Shown: positions 50,993 to 64,000, counted from the stretch's first letter. The stretch is DNA of 64,000 nucleotides from Octopus sinensis (GCF_006345805.1 NC_042998.1:68572001-68636000); one strand, 5' to 3'. The notes: a model not told the origin generated them from the sequence alone. Numbers and translations are program-made.

Positions 50993-51358
50993 TATGTTTA
51001 CTTTTGCTTTACATTTGTACAAGTTGGCTCGAAGTCTCACCCAGAGACCACAAGAGACAACAAGTTGGAAGTTATGCCTAAGGTGCCATATATTTGGTTT
51101 TGTACATAGTGTTGTTTCAGAGAATGTTTAAGAAACCATGAGAAAATTATGTTTGTTTTAAAATTTGAGATCACATAGAAAAGTATTTTGCGTAGGATAT
51201 GAGCAGTTCCCATGAGCACTATCTTTTGAAAGTCTGCCATTTTGGGGTTTCCTGGTATCTGAGCTAGGTAGCAAACAGCCCCTTTTGCTATCATCCCCAG
51301 GGCACCTATGACAACAGGTATTGTTTTAGTCTTCAGGTTCCATATTTTGCTAATTTCT
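50993..51358 (-). mobile_element. Dong-like 3' fragment (copy A)
   Basis: IEISKIWNLKTKTIPVVIGALGMIAKG..KIVLMGTAHILRKI plus 3'UTR; TAA flanks. Confidence 0.92.
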
Positions 51359-51368
51359 ATTATTATTA

Positions 51369-51399
<31 letters not shown>

Positions 51400-51491
51400 G
51401 TTATTATTATTATTATTATTATTATCATCATCATCATCATCACCATCATCATCATCATAATCACCATCATCATCATCATCATTATTATTAC

Positions 51492-52047
51492 TGAGTGAGA
51501 GAGCAGTGCATGCCATCAAAGTGACACTGGGGTAAAAATATACGAAGCCCAGTATACCCATTATGACTACCCGTCTGATAAGGGTACACCAGGCACATGC
51601 ATCACAACCATATGTGCGCGGCATGGTAATCATAGCAAGATAAACAGCGCATGACCTTGCAGGTAAGGCCCAGTTAGAATTTTCTTCTGTTCGAGTAGCC
51701 CATGCTGCTCAAAAGGTCCTTGAATAAGGATTGTTTAAGGATTTTGCACGAACTACCCATGTTTCCAAAGGTGAATTATCCAAATCTCCAAGAATTTCTT
51801 TCAACACATGGCTATGATGCTCCCCCACAACTTCTGCTCGTGATCAGAGATGCACATATTGTCAGCCACTAAGGAACATGCTCAACTGGTTAAGGTCAAA
51901 CAACTGACCAGCAAATCAGTGGTATTGAGCAGAATATTTGCTGTAGCCCATCTTTTATACCAAGACAGAACAATGTACATGATAACACTTCCAATCAGTT
52001 TAGATCAGAAGCCATGAGAGCCACTGTCTGGTACTGCATCCGGGCAT
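51492..52047 (-). mobile_element. Element E, full length
   Basis: Collinear with 9245-9809. Confidence 0.92.
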
Positions 52048-52148
52048 TTATTATTATTGTTGTTGTGTTGTTGTTGTTGTTGTTCTTCTTCTTCTTCTTC
52101 TTCTTATTATTATTATTATTATTATTATTATTGTTGTTGTTATTATTG

Positions 52149-52198
<50 letters not shown>

Positions 52199-52202
52199 GT
52201 TG

Positions 52203-52247
<45 letters not shown>

Positions 52248-52267
52248 TATTATTATTATTATTATTA

Positions 52268-52308
<41 letters not shown>

Positions 52309-52322
52309 TTATTATTATTATT

Positions 52323-52717
52323 CTGTTTGACTTTTGCTTTATATTTGTACAAGTTGGCTCCAAGTTTCACCCAGAGACCTCAAGAGAACAGGGTTGGAAG
52401 TTCATGTTGTTGTTATGCCTAGTGTGCCATATATTTGGGGGGTGGGGATGTTGTACTAATGAATGTCTAAAAAAAAAGTTTTGTTTTTTTTTTTTTTAAA
52501 CCGAAAATTATGTTTGTTTTAAACCTTGAGATTACATAGAGAGTATTTTGCGTAGGATATGAGCAGTTCCCATGAGCACTATCTTTTGAAAGTCTGCCAT
52601 TTTGGGGTTTCCTGGTATCTGAGCTAGGTAGCAAACAGCCCCTTTTGCTATCATCCCCAGGGCACCTATGACAACAGGTATTGTTTTAGTCTTCAGGTTC
52701 CATATTTTGCTAATTTC

Positions 52718-52718
<1 letters not shown>
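52323..52718 (-). mobile_element. Dong-like 3' fragment, chimeric (ORF end of copy A, 3'UTR of copy B)
   Basis: Diagnostic bases switch between ~52543 and ~52590. Confidence 0.88.
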
Positions 52719-52749
<31 letters not shown>

Positions 52750-52853
52750 TATTAGATATTATTATTGTTATTATTATATTATTATTATTATCATCATCAT
52801 CATCATCACCATCATCATCATCATAATCACCATCATCATCATCATTATTATAC

Positions 52854-53409
52854 TGAGTGAGAGAGCAGTGCATGCCATCAAAGTGACACTGGGGTAAAAA
52901 TATACGAAGCCCAGTATACCCATTATGACTACCCGTCTGATAAGGGTACACCAGGCACATGCATCACAACCATATGTGCGCGGCATGGTAATCATAGCAA
53001 GATAAACAGCGCATGACCTTGCAGGTAAGGCCCAGTTAGAATTTTCTTCTGTTCGAGTAGCCCATGCTGCTCAAAAGGTCCTTGAATAAGGATTGTTTAA
53101 GGATTTTGCACGAACTACCCATGTTTCCAAAGGTGAATTATCCAAATCTCCAAGAATTTCTTTCAACACATGGCTATGATGCTCCCCCACAACTTCTGCT
53201 CGTGATCAGAGATGCACATATTGTCAGCCACTAAGGAACATGCTCAACTGGTTAAGGTCAAACAACTGACCAGCAAATCAGTGGTATTGAGCAGAATATT
53301 TGCTGTAGCCCATCTTTTATACCAAGACAGAACAATGTACATGATAACACTTCCAATCAGTTTAGATCAGAAGCCATGAGAGCCACTGTCTGGTACTGCA
53401 TCCGGGCAT
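52854..53409 (-). mobile_element. Element E, duplicate of 51492-52047
   Basis: Shares private variants (ggtaatcatagcaag, gcaggtaagg, tccaaatctccaag). Confidence 0.92.
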
Positions 53410-53684
53410 TTATTATTATTGTGTTGTGGTTGTGTTGTTGTTGTTGTTGTTCTTCTTCTTCTCTCTCTCTTCTTCTTCTTATTATTATTATTATTATTAT
53501 TATTGTTGTGTTATTATTGTTGTTATATTATTATTATATATTTTATATTATTATTTATTATTATTGTTGTTGTTATTAGTATTATATTATTATTATTATT
53601 TATTATTATTATTACTATTATTATTATTATTATTATATTATATTATATTATTATATTATTATTATTATTCTTATTATTATTATT

Positions 53685-54270
53685 CTGTTTGACTTTTGCT
53701 TTATATTTGTACAAGTTGGCTCCAAGTTTCACCCAGAGACCTCAAGAGACAACAGGGTTGAAGTTCATGTTGTTGTTATGCCTAGTGTGCCATATATTTG
53801 GGGGGTGGGGATGTTGTACTAATGAATGTCTAAAAAAAAAGTTTTTTTTTTTTTTTTTTTTAAACCGAAAATTATGTTTGTTTTAAACCTTGAGATTACT
53901 AGAGAGTATTTTGCGTAGGATATGAGCAGTTCCCATGAGCAACTATCTTTTGAACTTCTGCCATTTTTGGGTTTCCTGGTATCTGAGTTAGGTAGCTATC
54001 AGCCCCTTTTGCTATCATTCCCAGGGCACCTATGACAACAGGTATTGTTTTGTCTTCAGCTTCCACATTTTGCTGATTCTATTCAGATCTTTATATTTGC
54101 TCAGTTTTTGGTAGGTCTTGACAGATACGTTTATATCGATTGGGACAGTCATATCATGAGGAGGCATGTTCTTTGTTTGAAGTCTTTCAATATGATGTCT
54201 GGCCTATTTGCATCTATCTTCCTGTCAGTTTGAATGGTGAAGTTCCAGAGGAGTGAGATGTGGAGTGAGA
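53685..54270 (-). mobile_element. Dong-like 3' fragment (copy B, longer RLE part)
   Basis: LWNFTIQTDRK..RPDII(L)KDFKQRTCLL.. with frameshifts; TAA flanks. Confidence 0.88.
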
Positions 54271-54309
<39 letters not shown>

Positions 54310-54990
54310 GATCATCATTATTATTTGGTTCGTATTCTGCACAGTAGTCTCACCTGAGATTGCTGCCTCGCATCTTAATACACAGAACCGATTACTGAGA
54401 CCAATCTTTGGTCACATGTCGAATTCACAGGACCATTATTTTTGCATATGTGGTGGTGGTGGGGATGTAATGTCGTACGAAGCAGCGTGTGATAAAACAT
54501 ATTCGGGTAAAATCATGTCTAACATGTTCGAGTGAGTTAGGACATAAAAAGACCTTTCGCTGCAGAAGTTTTAATAACTTTTCTATTGAAGTTCAATATA
54601 GCATTGAAACTGGAACAGCAACAATAACGATCTATATAACGCAGACAACAAGAAAAATATCACCTCAGATGATTAACCCAACTACTTTATCCTCAACATA
54701 TAATCCCTCTTTAAATTGCTTAGAAGATTATAGGGCGATATAAGAGCAGCTTAAGGATTAAGTGGATCATGCTTTTGTTAGTATTTTATCCCAAAAATTA
54801 TCTCAATTTGATCTGTGCCATAAAAATGATTTAATATTGTAGCTCAGAAAACACAGAAATTAATGTCACAGAAAGTGAAGCAATTTGTCGACAATGAAAT
54901 AAAGATGAGAAATAATTGCTTCATCATGCTAGAGTCATGATAGTTACTGGAAAGAAACCTAACCAATTATAATGATATTAATTTAATAAC

Positions 54991-55039
<49 letters not shown>

Positions 55040-55059
55040 TATATTACTAAGTTTTACAG

Positions 55060-55349
55060 CATAGGTCCTCAAAGTGGGCGTTAAGACAGTCCAGGTGGGC
55101 GTTAAGACAGTCCAGGAGGCGGTAGAGAAAAAGGAGGCGTTGGGAGGAAGGCAGTGGATTAGGGGTCGCTATGAATTTATTTATATTGTATACGAATTAT
55201 ATAATATTATATCAAACATCAAATGATTCATAGTATATACAAATTAGTAAAACATAAAATATTTATTTATACATAAAAATAGGGGTTGGGCACTGAAGGT
55301 AGTATGTGGCTATGAGGGGGCAGTAGCTCAAAACGTTTGAGAACCTCTG
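55060..55349. mobile_element. hAT-type MITE
   Basis: TIR cataggtcctcaaag versus cagaggttctcaaac (12/15); flanks ttttacag / ttttataa (6/8). Confidence 0.5.
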
Positions 55350-55477
55350 TTTTATAAATATACGGGATACATTTACAACCTGGCCACCGAATCTAAATTT
55401 CTATACGTACATACACACAGAGACGGATAGATGGATGGATAGATAAACACACACACACATGTATATAATCGTATTGC

Positions 55478-56208
55478 GGTTGGTTGGTTGGTTGGTTGGT
55501 TGGTTGGTTGGTTGGTTGGCTGGTTGATTGGTTGGTTTGCTGGTTGGTTGGTTGGTTGATTGGCTGGCTGGTTGGTTGGTTGGCTGGCTGGCTGGCTGGC
55601 TGGCTGGTTGGTTGGTTGTTGGTTGGTTGGCTGATTGATTGGTTGGTTGGCTGGTTGGTTGGTTGGTTGGTTGGATGGATGGTTGGTTGGTTGGTTGGCT
55701 GGCATGTTGGTTGGCTGGTTGGTTAGTTGGCTGGCTGGCTGGCTGACTGGCTGGTTGGTTGGTTGGTTGGTTGGTTGGTTGGTTGGCTGGCTGATTGGTT
55801 GGTTGGTTGGTTGGTTGGTTGGTTGGTTGGTTGGTTGGTTGGTTGGTTGGTTGGCTGGCTAGCTGGTTGGTTGGTTGGTTAGTTGGCTGATTGACTGGTT
55901 GGTTGGCTGGTTGGTTGGTTGGTTGGATGGATGGTTGGTTGGTTGGTTGGCTGGCATGTTGGTTGGCTGGTTGGTTAGTTGGCTGGCTGGCTGGCTGACT
56001 GGCTGGTTAGTTGATTGGTTGGTTGGTTGGTGGTGGTTGGTTGGTTGGTTGGTTGGTTGGTTGGTTGGTTGGTTGGTTGGTTGGTTGGCTGGTTGGTTGG
56101 TTGGTTGGTTGGTTGGTTGGTTGGTTGGTTGGTTGGTTGGCTGGCTGATTGGTTGGTTGGTTGGTTGGTTGGTTGGTGGTTGGTTGGTTGGTTGGTTGGT
56201 TGGTTGGT
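55478..56208. repeat. 730-bp (GGTT)n/(GGCT)n array with internal ~250-bp higher-order repeat
   Basis: The marker ggatggatgg...ggcatgttgg...gctgactgg occurs at ~55672 and ~55924. Confidence 0.95.
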
Positions 56209-56328
56209 AAAGAGAGGGTGAAGGAGAAACGTGAGCACAGACAGAGTTAGCATAACAGGGGCTGGTCGGGTACACATATTAGGCATGGTGACAGGCAATA
56301 AGTAAAAGAACGCTACACACACTATAGA

Positions 56329-56385
<57 letters not shown>

Positions 56386-56515
56386 TCGTAGCAAGAAGAA
56401 GGAGGAGGAGGAGGAGCAAATGACAGTATTTCCAACTACCTAACCGAAATAATTCAACTGTAATAATTTTTCTATGTAATGAGTTATGCGCCTCAATATA
56501 TATATATGTGTGTGT

Positions 56516-56556
<41 letters not shown>

Positions 56557-56847
56557 GTGTGTGTGTGTGCGTGTGGTATCCGTTAGTCTTGGAAGATATG
56601 TTTAGAAAGAACCTAATCAAATTACTCAATGGCGCGATCGTTATAATTATATTTAGTATGGTAAATAACTTAGAAACAAAAGGTTTTAGTCGTCAATCTC
56701 GACTTGCCAACTAAGGGAACTAACTTTCGACAAAACAGCTCCTTGCTGCAATACAGTACTTGAAACCTGTGGATACAAGAAGATGAAATAAAATTCTATC
56801 AAATAATAATAATAATAATATAATAATATAATAATAATAATAATAAT

Positions 56848-56982
56848 AAGAAGAAGAAGAGAAGAAGAAGAAGAAGAAGAAGAAGAAGAAGAAGAAGAGA
56901 AGAAGAAGAAGAAGAAGAAGAAGAAGAAGAAGAAGAAGAAGAAGAAGAAGAAGAAGAAGAAGAAGAAGAAGAAGAAGAAGAA
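56848..56982. repeat. (GAA)n array
   Basis: Directly visible. Confidence 0.98.
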
Positions 56983-57079
56983 TTATAATAGCAATAATAG
57001 CCATTGCAACATTATCTGATTTATGCTGTTAAAAACACTTTTTGATTTAATGAAAAGATTCATTAATTAATCACAAATG

Positions 57080-57790
57080 CAAAAATAAAAAGCAATAAAA
57101 TATAAACAACGTTAAACATTATTAGTTATACTAACGATATGAAAATCAAAATAACAACTAACCCAACAAAATTAATCACCTTTAAGTCTACACGTAGAAA
57201 CACAAACATGTCTTTTTAGCCAGTCATACAGGATGTTCAAAAAGTCTCTCCGCAGTAAGTATTTTATTGCAAAATAAATATAAGATGGTATAAGACCACA
57301 AAAGAATATATTAGACTTTACAAGACTTTAAAAAACTTTTTAAGAGGTACTGAAAGCGTCCTCCTTCATTCTCAATACGTAAGTTGACTCTTCTAAATAT
57401 GGTTTGAAATACATCTTGGAGAGAAAAAGAAATCACTGCGGAGAGACTTTTTGAACACCCTGTACAACGGTGAAACGGTTTTATATGTAACAAAAGTCAT
57501 CAGCATCAAATCAAACCTCAACACGGTACTTAAATATTATGTAAGCATGATCGAAGGTAAATTTAAACACCGATGCATCAACTATATTTCATTCAAAAGT
57601 ACAAAAAGAAAGAGGAATGAATACAACAAAACTACCCAGTTATGTTTCGGGTTTAAAAGAATAAGCAACTAATTTTTCAGCACCAACTGGAAGATCCTTG
57701 AATAATGCGGACCCTATAAATAGGGAACAAGACCTTGCGAGTTACGCTTTGCTGGGAAGAACTCTATACTCAGAAAACTTTATATATGTC
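57080..57790 (+). pseudogene. Penelope-like element GIY-YIG endonuclease remnant, interrupted by a MITE
   Basis: ETVLYVTKV..KYYVSMIEGKFKHR..NWKILE*CGPYK*GTRPCEL resembles the PLE YIGxTEGxFKxR..WKIL..PY..CxLC motif. Confidence 0.6.
57229..57462. mobile_element. Tc1/mariner-type MITE (234 bp)
   Basis: 28-bp TIR cagg(a/g)tgttcaaaaagtctctccgcagt (27/28); TA on both flanks. Confidence 0.93.
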
Positions 57791-58670
57791 CGATAAAAAT
57801 CTTATCTACATTTCGTCAGTGCTTAAATCATGGACAGACCAAGCTAACATTGACCTGAATAGAGTGATATTTAACAGGAAATATCACACTTCCTTCCCAT
57901 TCTCTCTTCAGTCTTAACGCATTAAAAGACACTCCAGATCTCCCTAAAACTTATAAATATATTTTGTGTGAGATTTTCAACCCTTTGTCTTTCCTTGTTT
58001 GCTTCTATATAGGAGGCTGGATTAATACTTCACTATTAACCAGAATCATTATCACACTGTCTGTATTTCTCTCTTCCTTTTCTCCCATTATCACTGCACT
58101 TTATAACAATATTTCTTTTGATGCCTTCTACGTTCAACGCTTTCTATATTCATCAACATCAAACAGTATTATTTTCAATCACCTTTTTCCCATTTTCCCT
58201 TTTCCTTGGTCATATTTAAGTCATTTACGTTATATTTTCCTGGCTGCCCAAAGGAAATAACTGCCTTATAACAATATTCCTAAATATATATACATATTAT
58301 GAGTTAATGAGTGGTACTTCTTATATGATATGTATGTGTGTGTTTGTGCATGTGTGTGCAAATATATATGTATGTATGTATGTATGGATGTATGTATGTA
58401 TGTATGTATGTATGTATGTATGTATGTATGTATGAATATGTATATATATATATACATACACATACACATAATCATATATATATATAAACACACATGTACG
58501 CAGATTTGTGCATACATGTACATACATATTTATGCATATATGTATATATATATATTATATATATCTGTATATACATGCATATATATATATATATCTATAT
58601 ATACATGCATATATATATATATATATATATATATGCATATATATATATATATACACACATATATATATAC

Positions 58671-58712
<42 letters not shown>

Positions 58713-58890
58713 TATATATACATATGTGTATATATCTATCTATGTGTGTATATATATATATATGTATATACACATATATATATGTATATATATATATATA
58801 AAAAGATATACATACATATATACATATGTGTATAAATATCTATCTGTATATCTATATCTATCTAGCTATCCATCTCTCTCAGTAAATATA

Positions 58891-58926
<36 letters not shown>

Positions 58927-59368
58927 TGTATGTGTGTGTGTTTGTGTGTGTGTGTGTATGTGTGTGTGTGAATCGTTAGTGTGTTCATTGTCTCGTGAAA
59001 CATTATGTCTGTGTAATGTCAGCCAAGTTTTAGTTTCAATTAGGCAACATAGTTATTGTGGATCTATTGTTAGTCTTTATGCACATCATTGCTTTCACTT
59101 GGCTGTGTGATGAGAAAGTTAGCTTTACGACCACTTGGTTCCGGGTTCGAATCAACAGTGCTATGTCAAGGGAATATGCTTCATACTATGGTTTTACGTT
59201 AATCAATAACACACATGTGCACATACACATACACACATAGACACAATAGCTGAATAGGTAAATGCAAATGGTATGGAAGTCCGTCTGTATGAATGTGTAT
59301 AATATTTTGCCATCCACATATGTATGCATGTATGTATGCTTGTATGTATGTATGCATGCATGCATGTG

Positions 59369-59425
<57 letters not shown>

Positions 59426-59474
59426 GCATACAATTATGTATGTATGTATGTATGTATGTATGTATGTATGTATA

Positions 59475-59636
59475 GGCGCAGGCATGGCTGTGTAGCAAGA
59501 AGCTTGCTTACCAGCAACATGGTTCCGGTTTCAGTCCCACTGCGCGGCACCTTAGATAAGTGTGTTCTACTATAGCCTGGGGCCGACCAAAGCCTTGTCA
59601 GTGGATTTGGTAGACGAAAACTGAAGGAAGCCGTCG

Positions 59637-59698
<62 letters not shown>

Positions 59699-59939
59699 TA
59701 GATAGATAGATAGATAGATACATAGATAGATAGATAGATAGATACATACATAGATAGATAGATAGATAGATAGATAGAAAGATAGATAGATTCAGATGAA
59801 TATGATACTTAAGTTGAGGCACCAGAATTTACTACGGTATTATCCATACTGTTTCAAAATAAGGTGAATAAAATCTTTGTTGCTTATTTTGATTATATAT
59901 ATATATATACTTATATATATATGTGTGTGTGTGTTTATG

Positions 59940-60002
<63 letters not shown>

Positions 60003-60573
60003 CTGAGTGTCTTTTTGTCTGTGTTTGCCCCACCACCACCACCATCGCTTGACAACCGACGCTGGTGTGTTTAAATCCCCACAACTTAGCGGTTCGGCAA
60101 AAGAGACCGACAGAATAAGTACTAGGCTTACAAGAATAAGTCTTGGTATCGATTTCTTCAACTAAAAGGCGGTGCTCCAGCATGGCTGCTGTGAAATGAC
60201 TGGAACAAATAAAAGAATAAAAAAAAATATTTTTCTCTTATTTGTATCAGTCATTTGACTGTGGCCATGCTGGAGCATCGACCCCAGGACTTGTTCTTTG
60301 TAAGCCTAGTACTTATTCTATCGGGGTCTTTTGCCGATCCGCTAAGATATGGGGACGTAAACACACCAATATCGGTGGGGGTGCAGAAATACAGACACAC
60401 ATACACACAAACATATGCATACATATATAGACGACGGGCTTCTTTCAGTTACCATCTACCAAATTCATTCACAAGGCTTTGGTCGGCCCGAAGCTATAAT
60501 AGCAGACACTTGCCCAAGGTGTCACGCAGTGGGACTGAACCCAAGCTACTTAACACACAGTCACTCCTGCGCC
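59475..60573. mobile_element. SINE-B pieces: + head 59475-59637, + 3' half 60010-60222, - copy 60235-60573 (tail to tail)
   Basis: Family B motifs in opposite orientations with only ~10 bp between tails. Confidence 0.88.
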
Positions 60574-60793
60574 TATATATATGCATACACGTTATTAATG
60601 CCAAACGAATGAAAAAGGAGTACTCAAAACACGTTGCAGATGATATGATTCTTTCGATAAATGTGAGGCTGAGAGTTTCTCCCGCGACTTGAGTATCACA
60701 GCAATGAGTTGATTTGGTAGACAGTAGAAACTAAAAGAAGCTCGTTATGTAATATATATATATATATAATATATATATAATATATATATATAT

Positions 60794-60828
<35 letters not shown>

Positions 60829-61057
60829 ATAGAGATAGATAGATAGATAGATAGATAGATACATAGATAGATAGATAGATAGAAGATAGATAGAAAGATA
60901 GATAGATTCAGATGAATATGATACTTAAGTTGAGGCACCAGAATTTAGTACGGTATTATCCATACTGTTTCAAAATAAGGTGAATAAAATCTTTGTTGCT
61001 TATTTTGATTATATATATATATATACTTATATATATATGTGTGTGTGTGTGTTTATG

Positions 61058-61113
<56 letters not shown>

Positions 61114-61880
61114 GTGTGAATGAGTGTCTTTTTGTCTGTGTTTGCCCCACCACCACCACCATCGCTTGACAACCGACGCTGGTGTGTTTAAATCCCCACA
61201 ACTTAGCGGTTCGGCAAAAGAGACCGACAGAGACCGAAAGTAAGTACTAGGCTTACAAGAATAAGTCTTGGTATCGATTTCTTCAACTAAAAGGCGGTGC
61301 TCCAGCATGGCTGCTGTGAAATGACTGGAACAAATAAAAGAATAAAAAAAAATTTTTCTCTTATTTGTATCAGTCATTTGACTGTGGCCATGCTGGAGCA
61401 TCGACCCCAGGACTTGTTCTTTGTAAGCCTAGTACTTATTCTATCGGGGTCTTTTGCCGATCCGCTAAGATATGGGGACGTAAACACACCAATATCGGTG
61501 GGGGTGCAGAAATACAGGACACACATACACACAAACATATGCATACATATATAGACGACGGGCTTCTTCAGTTACCATCTACCAAATTCATTCACAAGGC
61601 TTTGGTCGGCCCGAAGCTATAATAGCAGACACTTGCCCAAGGTGTCACGCAGTGGGACTGAACCCAAGCTACTTAACACACAGTCACTCCTGCGCCTATA
61701 TATATGCATACACGTTATTAATGCCAAACGAATGAAAAAGGAGTACTCAAAACACGTTGCAGATGATATGATTCTTTCGATAAATGTGAGGCTGAGAGTT
61801 TCTCCCGCGACTTGAGTATCACAGCAATGAGTTGATTTGGTAGACAGTAGAAACTAAAAGAAGCTCGTTATGTAATATAT
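59637..61880. repeat. ~1.12-kb tandem duplication (two units)
   Basis: ttcagatgaatatgatac at 59791 and 60907; cccgcgacttgag at 60681 and 61804. Confidence 0.93.
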
Positions 61881-61882
61881 AT

Positions 61883-61933
<51 letters not shown>

Positions 61934-62080
61934 AGAGAGAGATACTTTTGTAAGACAATATATTATTTAATAGTTAGGAGGTCTATTTGTTACTTAGTAT
62001 TACATTTAAGTAAATAAGTTTAATATTAATTGGTATTTTGGTCAATTCTATAAGTGAGTGAAATATTAAATCTATATATT

Positions 62081-62502
62081 ACTCTTTTACTCTCTTTTAC
62101 TCTTTTACTTGTTTCAGTCATTTGACTGCGGCCATGCTGGAGCACCGCCTTTAATCGAGCAACTCGACCCCGGGACTTATTCTTTTGTAAGCCCAGTACT
62201 TATTCTATCGGTCTCTTTTGCCGAACCGCTAAGTGACGGGGACGTAAACACACCAGCATCGGTTGTCAAACAATGCTAGGGGGACAGACACAGACACACA
62301 AACATACACGCACACACATATATATATATACATATATACGACGGGCTTCTTTCAGTTTCCGTCTACCAAATCCACTCACAAGGCATTGGTCGGCCCTGGT
62401 CTATAGCAGAAGACACTTGCCCAAGGTGCCACGCAGTGGGACTGAACCCGGAACCATGTGGTTGGTTAGCAAGCTACTTACCACACAGCCACTCCTGCGC
62501 CT
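62081..62502 (-). mobile_element. SINE-B, complete and well preserved
   Basis: A-box-like tggctgtgtgg, B-box-like ggttcagtccc, CORE-like ccttgggcaagtgtc, internal (TA)/(TG) tract, (taaaagag)n tail. Confidence 0.95.
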
Positions 62503-62728
62503 ATAATATAGTAAGTTTATATAATAGGTGTGTATATTTTCTGTTTTTAATATTTATACCTTGTACTAGCATTATGTATATAAGTTAACATGAAGTTTTT
62601 TTAGTATATATTACTTAATTAGAATAAGATTTAATTTAGATGTTTATTAAATAAATTAATTAATTAATAAAATCGCCTGAAACTATTAGTAGCTCATAAA
62701 AATATAAAAAATATATACTGTTACATTA

Positions 62729-62766
<38 letters not shown>

Positions 62767-62788
62767 CGTGTGTGTAGATTGTGTTGTT

Positions 62789-62845
<57 letters not shown>

Positions 62846-63107
62846 AGCACACACAACGTATGGAGGTTTAGTTCACAGGTGATCTAAACGATTAGGTACG
62901 CTAGGTAATTGCTGTAACGGATTACTACGTCTCCAAGGTTAAAGCCGAGACAATAGATATGGAGCCATTGCAAATTTCCAATACAGCGGATAGAATAAAG
63001 AGGACAACAAACGTTAAAGCAAGGCAAACGCTTCAAGTCCGCCTTTGTATCGACTATCTCACCGAATGTCTTAATGTCCTCCTTTACATTTTTGTTCCAT
63101 TTTTATA

Positions 63108-63150
<43 letters not shown>

Positions 63151-63370
63151 ATTTTATTGGCATTGACTATGAAGTTTCGCTGGTAATGCCACCGTTACTT
63201 TGATGACGCCACTGTCGATGTGACTGTCGTAGTCACCATCCTATAGAATCATTGAAATATTAATAACATTTGACTCTTCTCTTGTAAAATATAAAAACAT
63301 TCTTGAACTCTGTGTGTGCGTATGCCTATATGTGTGCGTACAGGTAAATGAGTGTGTCTGTGCAAAAAAA

Positions 63371-63446
<76 letters not shown>

Positions 63447-63465
63447 TTATTATTATTATTATCAT

Positions 63466-64000
63466 TGAGTGAGAGAGCAGTGCATGCCATCAAAGTGACA
63501 CTGGGGTAAAATATACGAATCCCAGTATACCCATCATGACTACCCGTCTGATAAGGGTACACCAGGCACATGCATCACAACCATATGTGCGTGACATGGT
63601 GATCTCTATCAAGATAAACAGCGCATGACCTAGCAGATAAGGCCCAGTTAAAAGTTTCTTCTGGTCGAGTAGCCCATCCCGCTCAAAAGGTCCCTGAATA
63701 AGGATTGTTTAGGGATGTTGAACGAACCACCCATGGTGAATTATTCAAACCCCAAAGAATTCCTCTCAACACATGGCTATGATGCTCCCCCACTACTTTT
63801 ACTCGTGATCAGAGATGGACATATCGTCAGCCACTAAAGGCCATGCTCAACTGGTTAAGGTCAAACAACTGACAAGCAAATCTCTGGTATTGAGCAGAAT
63901 ATTTGCTGTAGCCCATCTTTTATACCAAGACAAAACAATGTTCATGAAAACACTTCCAATCAGTTAAGATCGATCGAAAGCCATGAGAGCCACTGTCTGG
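63466..64000 (-). mobile_element. Element E, runs off the window
   Basis: (att)n atcat|tgagtgagagagcagtgcatgcc...gagagccactgtctgg. Confidence 0.92.

Overview
This is repeat-saturated, AT-rich eukaryotic non-coding DNA. Its tRNA-derived SINE families and extreme microsatellite density suggest a coleoid cephalopod such as octopus (inference, not verified). I found no intact host protein-coding gene, rRNA, true tRNA or CRISPR array. Most listed ORFs are microsatellite translation artefacts, and the real coding signal is broken transposon ORFs. The main content is as follows. (1) Six insertions of a Tx1/L1-clade LINE, all inside (GATA)n/(TATC)n arrays; the longest (33151-36640) carries APE, RT and zinc-knuckle motifs. 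(2) A tRNA-head SINE subfamily whose 3' tail matches that LINE's 3' end at 37/42 nt. (3) Several R4/Dong-clade RLE LINE fragments plus six copies of a ~560-nt non-coding element, all inside (TAA)n arrays. (4) Minimal Penelope-type hammerhead-like motifs, including an inverted pair. (5) A full-length dead mariner, an internally deleted hAT with TIRs and 8-bp TSD, Helitrons, MITEs, and RTE and Penelope remnants. (6) Two kb-scale tandem duplications, which are either real or assembly artefacts. All calls were made by eye; coordinates of degenerate repeats are approximate.
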